From positions 96,001 through 160,000 of the forward strand of contig CAWGBN010000008.1 of NCBI GenBank assembly GCA_963820825.1: a stretch of 64,000 nt of DNA. Direction: 5' to 3'. Below the pieces are notes generated by a model that did no database searches, had not been told where the DNA came from, and was given only the letters and a program-made list of their open reading frames with translations. This stretch comes from Vulcanimicrobiota bacterium. Its GTDB lineage: Bacteria > Vulcanimicrobiota > Vulcanimicrobiia > Vulcanimicrobiales > Vulcanimicrobiaceae. A program made the translations under genes and the position numbers. Positions 58,471 to 64,000 of this stretch are shown here, one piece after another (position 1 is the first letter of the stretch; each line of letters begins with the position of its first letter).

Positions 58471-58764
58471 ATGTATACAGACGAAATGCTCACGTGCGTT
58501 GACTGCGGAGCGCAGTTCCCCTTTACCGCCGGCGAGCAAGAGTTCTTCGCGATGAAGGGCTTTACCAATAAGCCGAGCCGTTGCACCGACTGCCGCGCCG
58601 CCCGCAAGGCGGGTCGCAGCCCGAACGGCGGCCGCGGTATGGCACGCGAGATGTTCAAGGCAACCTGCAGCCAGTGCGGCGGCGTTGCCGAGGTCCCGTT
58701 CCAGCCGCGCGGCGATAAGCCGGTCTACTGCCGCGACTGCTTCAGCAGCCGGCGCGCATACTAG
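58471..58764 (+). CDS. Zinc-ribbon protein with CxxC-x17-CxxC domain
   Basis: LTCVDCG..F.FT.GEQEFF..KGF.N.P.RC..CR and CSQCG....VPFQP....PVYCRDCF. Confidence 0.92.
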   Translation: MYTDEMLTCVDCGAQFPFTAGEQEFFAMKGFTNKPSRCTDCRAARKAGRSPNGGRGMAREMFKATCSQCGGVAEVPFQPRGDKPVYCRDCFSSRRAY

Positions 58765-58794
58765 CTACTCGCCGCTTAGCGAACGACTAGTTCG

Positions 58795-58823
58795 AAAGAG
58801 CCTGCCTCGGCAGGCTCTTTTTT
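58795..58823 (+). terminator. Intrinsic terminator
   Basis: AAAGAGCCTGC-CTCG-GCAGGCTCTTT-TTT. Confidence 0.9.
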
Positions 58824-58881
58824 GTCTCCGCGCCAAATCGCCAAGACGTCCTCAAACGATATCGGCGCGAAGTGGAGCGGC

Positions 58882-59724
58882 ATGGATCGAATCTCTAGGT
58901 ACGGCACGGGCATCGGGCTCGCGCTGATTCATCTCGGTGCGCTTGCGGCCTTCATCCCGGCGTTCTTCCGCCTCTCGGACCTGATCGTCTTTGCAATTGT
59001 GTCGTATTGCACGGGGGTTCTGGGCGTTACGCTCTGCTACCACCGCGTGTTGACGCATCGGAGTCTGCGGCTACGCAAGCCGCTCGAATACTGCTTCGCA
59101 CTCTTCGGAACGCTGGCGCTGCAAGGCGATCCGATTCGGTGGGTTGCGGTTCATCGCAAGCATCACGCCCACGCCGATCACGACGGCGATCCCCACAGTA
59201 TCGGGCTCGGCTTCAAATGGGCCCACGTCGACTGGCTCTACCGCCACAACATCGCCTATCCGTCCCCCGAGGAGATCGCGCGCTACGCGCCCGACCTCTC
59301 CGCCGACCCCTTCTACCGCGCGCTGGCCCGCCTGGCCTTACCCTTGCAGCTCGCCTTCGCGGCCGCGCTCTTCTTCCTCGGCGGCTGGGCCTGGGTCGTT
59401 TGGGGAGTCTTCCTCCGTCTCGTCTTCTGCTACCACTCGACCTGGTTCGTCAACAGTGCCGCGCACATGCTGGGGTACCGTACCTATCGCACCAGCGATC
59501 GCTCGACGAACTGCTGGTGGGTGGCCCTGCTCTCGTTCGGCGAGGGCTGGCACAACAACCATCACGCCTTCCCGTTCTCGGCCCGGCACGGCCTGAGCTG
59601 GTTCGAGATCGACGTGACGTGGTGGCACGTCCGGCTGCTTGCCTTCCTACGCCTCGCCGACCGGATCCGCATTCCCAGCGAAATCACACGCCGCCGCCTC
59701 GCGTACGCAAACTCGCGTTCGTGA
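58882..59724 (+). CDS. Delta-9 type fatty acid desaturase
   Basis: His boxes HRVLTH, HRKHH, HNNHH; GEGW; VNS.AH. Confidence 0.93.
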   Translation: MDRISRYGTGIGLALIHLGALAAFIPAFFRLSDLIVFAIVSYCTGVLGVTLCYHRVLTHRSLRLRKPLEYCFALFGTLALQGDPIRWVAVHRKHHAHADHDGDPHSIGLGFKWAHVDWLYRHNIAYPSPEEIARYAPDLSADPFYRALARLALPLQLAFAAALFFLGGWAWVVWGVFLRLVFCYHSTWFVNSAAHMLGYRTYRTSDRSTNCWWVALLSFGEGWHNNHHAFPFSARHGLSWFEIDVTWWHVRLLAFLRLADRIRIPSEITRRRLAYANSRS

Positions 59725-59758
59725 GGTATACTCTCGGGACTCGACGAAGGGAGGCCCC

Positions 59759-59866
59759 ATGAAGAAGCCACGCGCGCGATACGAGCGCCCCGATTTTCAA
59801 GAGCATCCGCTCGGCGCCGAGGTAACGGCCTACCTTTCGGCACCGTTGCGCGATCCGAAGCTCTAA
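59759..59866 (+). CDS. pqqA: PQQ precursor peptide (35 aa)
   Basis: -10 TATACT, SD GGAGG; MKKPRARYERPDFQEHPLGAEVTAYLSAPLRDPKL with the ExxxY core EVTAY. Confidence 0.9.
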   Translation: MKKPRARYERPDFQEHPLGAEVTAYLSAPLRDPKL

Positions 59867-59872
59867 GCCCAA

Positions 59873-60568
59873 ATCATCGCCGAGAGCTCCGGCCTAGTCG
59901 CGCGGCTGCATGCCGTCGGCCGCGAGCGCTATCACGACAAGCACCCATTCCACGAGCGGCTCGTCGCCGGAGCGCTCGACCGCGCCCAGGTCCAGGCCTG
60001 GGTCGCGAATCGCTATTACTATCAGAAGCAGATCCCGGTAAAGGACGCCGCGATTCTCGCCAACTTACCGTCGGCGCAGTATCGCCGCGCGTGGATTTCG
60101 CGCATCGTCGATCACGACGGCGACGGGCACGGCGAACCCGGCGGAACGGTCTCGTGGCTCGCGCTTGCACGCGCCGTCGGGCTCGACGAGGAGTACGTTC
60201 GCTCCGAGCGCGGCGTGGCGGCCGGGACGCGGTTCGCGGTCGACGCCTATGTGACGTTCGCCCGCACGCGGCCGTGGATCGAAGCCGTCGCATCTTCGTT
60301 AACGGAGCTCTTCGGGCCACCCGTGATGGAGCGGCGCGCCGCAGCCATTCTGGCGAAGTATTCGTGGATCGATCCTGCCGGGCTGGCCTACTTTCAACAC
60401 CGCATCCCGCTAGCGAAACGCGACGCCGATACGGCGCTCGCGTGGGTGCTTCAAGAGGCGACGACGCCGGAGATCGAGCAGCGCTGCGTCGACGCACTGC
60501 GCTTTAAATGCGACGTCCTTTGGTGCATCCTCGACGCGACGGCGCTTGCATGCGGCCTCTTCAAGTGA
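59873..60568 (+). CDS. pqqC: PQQ synthase; no ATG/GTG/TTG start, ATC 59873 assumed
   Basis: Frame open from 59867: RYHDKHPFH, WVANRYYYQ..IP.KDA, RI.DHDG, RFAVDAY, SLTELF, FKCDVLW. Confidence 0.9.
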   Translation: MIAESSGLVARLHAVGRERYHDKHPFHERLVAGALDRAQVQAWVANRYYYQKQIPVKDAAILANLPSAQYRRAWISRIVDHDGDGHGEPGGTVSWLALARAVGLDEEYVRSERGVAAGTRFAVDAYVTFARTRPWIEAVASSLTELFGPPVMERRAAAILAKYSWIDPAGLAYFQHRIPLAKRDADTALAWVLQEATTPEIEQRCVDALRFKCDVLWCILDATALACGLFK

Positions 60569-60828
60569 GAGACGACGCGCGGCCGCGATTCGGCAAGGGC
60601 GTTAAACTGCGCCGCGAATCCAACGGCAGCGCGATGCTGCTCGTTCCGGAAGCAGTGCTGGCCTTGAATCCTCCCGCGGCGACCGCGCTCGAGCTCGTCG
60701 ACGGTGACCGCACGCTCGTTGAGATCGTCGACGGCGTCGTCGAGCAGTTCGAAGTCGAACCGGCGCAAGCGCGCGAGGATATCGGCGGTCTCTTCGACCG
60801 GCTCGCCGAACGCGGGTTCGTGCGGTGA
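60565..60828 (+). CDS. pqqD: PqqA-binding chaperone (RRE)
   Basis: GTGA overlap; LLVPE....LN......L.L.DG.R. Confidence 0.9.
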   Translation: MRDDARPRFGKGVKLRRESNGSAMLLVPEAVLALNPPAATALELVDGDRTLVEIVDGVVEQFEVEPAQAREDIGGLFDRLAERGFVR

Positions 60829-61886
60829 AGCGACCGCTCTCGCTGCTCTGCGAGCTGACGTATCGCTGCAACTTGCAGTGCCCGTATTGCTACAACCCGA
60901 TCGCGCTCGCCGCGTATCGCGACGAACTTTCGACCGAGCAATGGTGCGGCGTCTTAGAAGAGGCCGCGCGCCTCGGCGTTCTCCAAGCGCACTTCTCCGG
61001 CGGCGAGCCGACGCTGCGCCGCGACCTTCCCGCGCTCGTCGAAGCGGCGTCACGCGCCGGTCTCTACACGAACCTCATCACCCAGGGAACCTTTCTCGAC
61101 GAGCCGCTGCTCGAAAGACTGCTCGGCAACGGGCTCGATCACATCCAGATCAGCGTGCAGGCCCCGCAAACCGATCTCGCCGATACCATCGCGGGCGCCG
61201 CGGTCCACGAGAAGAAGATCGAAACCATCCGCCGGGTCGGCGAACGCGAGGTCGCGCTCACGCTCAACTGCGTTCTCCATCGCCGCAATCACGACGAAAT
61301 CGCCGGCGTCATCGAGCTCGCCGAACGCTACGGCATACGGCGGCTGGAACTCGCGAACGTTCAGTTTTATGGATGGGCCTTTCGCAATCGCGAAGCGCTG
61401 ATGCCCACGCGCGAACAGGTTCGCCGCGCGCAAGAGATCGTCGAGGCGGCGCGCGAGCGCCTGCGCGGAGCGATGGAGATCGTCTACGTCCTTCCCGACT
61501 ACTTCGGCGAGTACCCCAAGCCGTGCATGAATGGGTGGGGCAACGAGTTCATGACGGTCACGCCGAACGGCGAGGTGCTGCCGTGCCCGGCGGCGGCGGC
61601 GATTCGGACGCTGCGCTTTGAAAACGTTCGCGACCGTTCGCTCGGTGAGATCTGGCGGAACTCCGAAGCCTTCGAACGCTATCGCGGCACGGCATGGATG
61701 CGCGAACCGTGCCGTTCGTGCGAACGCCGCGAGATCGATTTTGGCGGGTGCCGCTGCCAGGCGTTTCTTCTTGCGGGCGATGCGGGCGCAACCGACCCGG
61801 CCTGTTCGCTGAGCCCCCATCATTCGATCGTCGAGGCCCTCCGCGAGCCGGCGCCGGAGGTCGAGCTCGTTCCGCGTCGCGCGTGA
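60825..61886 (+). CDS. pqqE: Radical SAM/SPASM PqqA cyclase
   Basis: ELTYRCNLQCPYC.NP, HFSGGEP, PKPCM.GWG, DFGGCRCQA. Confidence 0.96.
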   Translation: MKRPLSLLCELTYRCNLQCPYCYNPIALAAYRDELSTEQWCGVLEEAARLGVLQAHFSGGEPTLRRDLPALVEAASRAGLYTNLITQGTFLDEPLLERLLGNGLDHIQISVQAPQTDLADTIAGAAVHEKKIETIRRVGEREVALTLNCVLHRRNHDEIAGVIELAERYGIRRLELANVQFYGWAFRNREALMPTREQVRRAQEIVEAARERLRGAMEIVYVLPDYFGEYPKPCMNGWGNEFMTVTPNGEVLPCPAAAAIRTLRFENVRDRSLGEIWRNSEAFERYRGTAWMREPCRSCERREIDFGGCRCQAFLLAGDAGATDPACSLSPHHSIVEALREPAPEVELVPRRA

Positions 61887-62797
61887 TCGTTCGCGTTCTC
61901 GGCTCGGCGGCCGGCGGGGGCGTCCCGCAGTGGAACTGTGCCTGCGCGAACTGCGCCGCCGCGCGCGAGGGCCGCGCACCGCGTCGCACTGAGTCGACCA
62001 TCGCGATCGGCCCGAAGGCGGCCGAAGGCAGACGCTGGTTGCTGCTCAACTGCTCGCCGGACGTCGCGTCGCAGATCGAGTCCTTTTCGCCGCTGCAGCC
62101 GAAAGATCGACGCTCCACGCCGGTCGCCGGTATTCTGCTCACCGATGCGAACCTCGACCATATCGGCGGTCTCGCCGTACTGCGTCAATCGGCGGACGAG
62201 CGCATCCGCGTGCGCTCGAGCGCCGTCGTTCGCAAGATTGCCTCGGCCCAGCCGAGTTTCGCACACTTTGTGTCGCCGCCGCACGTTTGGCTCGAGGTGC
62301 CGCTCGGCGAAACGATCCCCCAGCAGGGCGATGACGATGTGGTCGGCGATTCGCTGCAGGTGCGCGCGATTGCGGTTCCCGGAACGACGCCGGGCTACGA
62401 CGGCCGGCGGTCCGAGCGCGGCGCAGTCGTCGCGTACGAGATCTCCGATCGAGGAAGCGAGAATCGCCTGCTCTTCGCGCCGGTCTTCGGCGAAATCAAC
62501 GAAGCGCTCGCCGCTGCCATCGCCTCGGCCTCGGTCGCCTTTTTGGACGGCACATTCTATAGCGACGACGAGTTGGAGGCGACCGGATTGGGAACCAAAC
62601 GCGCGCGAACGATGGCTCACCAGCCGGTCGGGGGCGCCGGCGGAACGCTCGCGCAGATTCGCGATGCGAATGCTCGCATCGTCTTCACCCACCTCAACAA
62701 CTCCAATCCGATGCTCGAGTCGAAATCGCAGGCCTATGCCGCCGTGCGCGAATCCGGCGCCGAAATCGCCTACGACGGGATGGAGCTAACGCTCTAG
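61883..62797 (+). CDS. pqqB: PQQ biosynthesis metallo-beta-lactamase-fold protein
   Basis: VLGSAAGGGVPQWNC.C.NC, LNCSPD, DGTFY.DDE, HLNNSNP, AYDGME. Confidence 0.95.
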   Translation: MIVRVLGSAAGGGVPQWNCACANCAAAREGRAPRRTESTIAIGPKAAEGRRWLLLNCSPDVASQIESFSPLQPKDRRSTPVAGILLTDANLDHIGGLAVLRQSADERIRVRSSAVVRKIASAQPSFAHFVSPPHVWLEVPLGETIPQQGDDDVVGDSLQVRAIAVPGTTPGYDGRRSERGAVVAYEISDRGSENRLLFAPVFGEINEALAAAIASASVAFLDGTFYSDDELEATGLGTKRARTMAHQPVGGAGGTLAQIRDANARIVFTHLNNSNPMLESKSQAYAAVRESGAEIAYDGMELTL

Positions 62798-62928
62798 TCG
62801 AAGAGAGCCTATTATGATCGCTCCGGTTGGCGACGGTGATTTCACCACCAAGGGCAGACCCCATTTTCACGCGGCGGATCGGGCGGTGGTCGATGGAAAG
62901 ACGCCCCTCGCATCGATTCGCTCGAGCC

Positions 62929-64000
62929 ATGACTCGTAGCCGTACGGTGCGCCCGTTGCCCGCGCTGGCAACGATTCCGCTCGCAGTGCTCGCGCTTACC
63001 GGCGCGGCGGCGCTCCAGACGATCGCCGAGAGGGATTTTCAACGGCTCGTTTCGATCGGTCCGCCGTCGATCGCTCCCGACGGAAAGCACGCCGCTGCGG
63101 TCGTTTCACGGATTTTATGGGACGAAGATAAGCGTTTGCACGATCTCGTGCTCGTCGACCTTACCACGATGTCGCAGCAAACGCTGCTCGTCAATCGTAC
63201 CGGGCTCTCGGATCCCGCATTCTCACCCGACGGTTCGCAAATAGCGTTCTTGGCCGACGACGGCGCAGCGAAGGACTCGCACACGCAGATCTTCGTGATG
63301 CCGGCCGCCGGCGGCGAGGTTCGCGCCGTGACGCATGGGAGCGTCGACGTCGAGCAGTTCGCCTGGCGCGGCGACAGCCACGCGTTTGCCTACGCGGCCG
63401 AAGATCCAAAGGACACACAGAGCGGATCCGACCGCTTTCGCGACAGTTTCATCTTTACCACCGAACCGATCGTCGCGCGCGAACTGCCCCGCGCCGTGCA
63501 TCTCTTCACCATCTCGCTCGACGACGGGACGACGACGCAGTTGACCGCCGGCACGCAGAGCGTCGCAACCGGCGAAGCCGAGTCGACGCTCTCGTGGTCC
63601 CCCGACGGAGAGTCGATCGCCTTCACGCTGGTACCCAATGCGATCCTCAACGATCAAAGCTACTCGAGAATTGCGCTCGTAGACGTCGCCGCCCGAACGG
63701 TACGAACGATCACCGGCGCATCCGCCTGGGAGGGCGACCCGCGATTCTCACCCGACGGAACGCATATCGCCTACTCCTGCGCGAAGGGCGACGATCAAGT
63801 CAACCTTACCGAAATCTGCGTTACCACGCCGCAGGGCGGCCGAGGCATTTCGCTCTCCGCGCGAATCGATCGCCCGATTGCCGCTGCCGCCTGGAGCCCC
63901 GATTCGTCGAGCCTCTATCTCCTCGCGCCGGATCGCGCCGCGGTCGCGCTCTATCGTGCGCCGCTTCACGGCGAACCGGAACGTCTCGATACCAACGGAA
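62929..64000 (+). CDS. Secreted PD40/WD40 beta-propeller protein, probably an S9 peptidase (N-terminal part only)
   Basis: Not in the ORF track (no stop in the window). MTRSRTVRPLPALATIPLAVLALTG signal-like start; repeated (F/W)SPDG..IAF motifs. The catalytic domain is outside the window, so S9 is inferred. Confidence 0.7.
   Translation, partial: MTRSRTVRPLPALATIPLAVLALTGAAALQTIAERDFQRLVSIGPPSIAPDGKHAAAVVSRILWDEDKRLHDLVLVDLTTMSQQTLLVNRTGLSDPAFSPDGSQIAFLADDGAAKDSHTQIFVMPAAGGEVRAVTHGSVDVEQFAWRGDSHAFAYAAEDPKDTQSGSDRFRDSFIFTTEPIVARELPRAVHLFTISLDDGTTTQLTAGTQSVATGEAESTLSWSPDGESIAFTLVPNAILNDQSYSRIALVDVAARTVRTITGASAWEGDPRFSPDGTHIAYSCAKGDDQVNLTEICVTTPQGGRGISLSARIDRPIAAAAWSPDSSSLYLLAPDRAAVALYRAPLHGEPERLDTNG

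Noticed and set aside
62825..62910. ZTP or fluoride riboswitch
   Set aside because: GGTTGGCGACGGTG only loosely matches; the 3' CGCCTGGGC (ZTP) and CTGATGAC (fluoride) elements are absent and the downstream gene does not fit.
62929..64000. PqqA-processing peptidase of the pqq cluster
   Set aside because: It has a signal-peptide-like N-terminus and its own promoter-like region, and the catalytic domain is not visible.
1..64000. Many long antisense or alternate-frame ORFs (e.g. 6940-8415, 30383-31951, 46338-48134, 56164-57468) and 5' extensions of real ORFs
   Set aside because: They are shadows of recognised genes in high-GC DNA, with Arg/Ala-rich composition and no motifs.

Overview
High-GC bacterial chromosome segment, mostly housekeeping genes: ycf45-like ATPase (partial), Arg/Lys decarboxylase, arylsulfatase, pdxST, ispE, ubiX, dinB, nfo, scpAB, a split gcvT-H/PA-PB operon, speD/speE, sufB, mntR-mntH, rpsR-rplI-lonC-dnaB, a desaturase, tRNA-Thr(CGT) and a PQQ cluster in the order pqqA-C-D-E-B. 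Secreted lipoprotein genes (mostly beta-propeller-like) and two XRE-HTH/STAND-ATPase/TPR regulators are interspersed, often inside conserved operons. This gene content suggests Eremiobacterota/Vulcanimicrobiota (inference only). Strongest leads: (1) pqqC has no canonical start and lies in frame directly behind the pqqA stop; (2) a recurring sigma-H-like motif, hexamer-N16-(T/G)CGAA-N10-13-ATG, precedes about ten genes, most with no clear SD; (3) a 6.3-kb regulator/lipoprotein module with a shared palindromic operator and twin Cys-rich small proteins splits the gcv operon; (4) an unannotated 45-aa ORF under a perfect TTGACA-17-TATAAT promoter faces a CGNR-dinB operon; (5) a tandem CTAG-bounded MITE-like element sits at the dnaB stop. 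Clustered single-base indels (about 14.7-18.1 kb and 26.9-27.1 kb) are probably assembly errors. All calls are by-eye motif recognition; no database searches were run.
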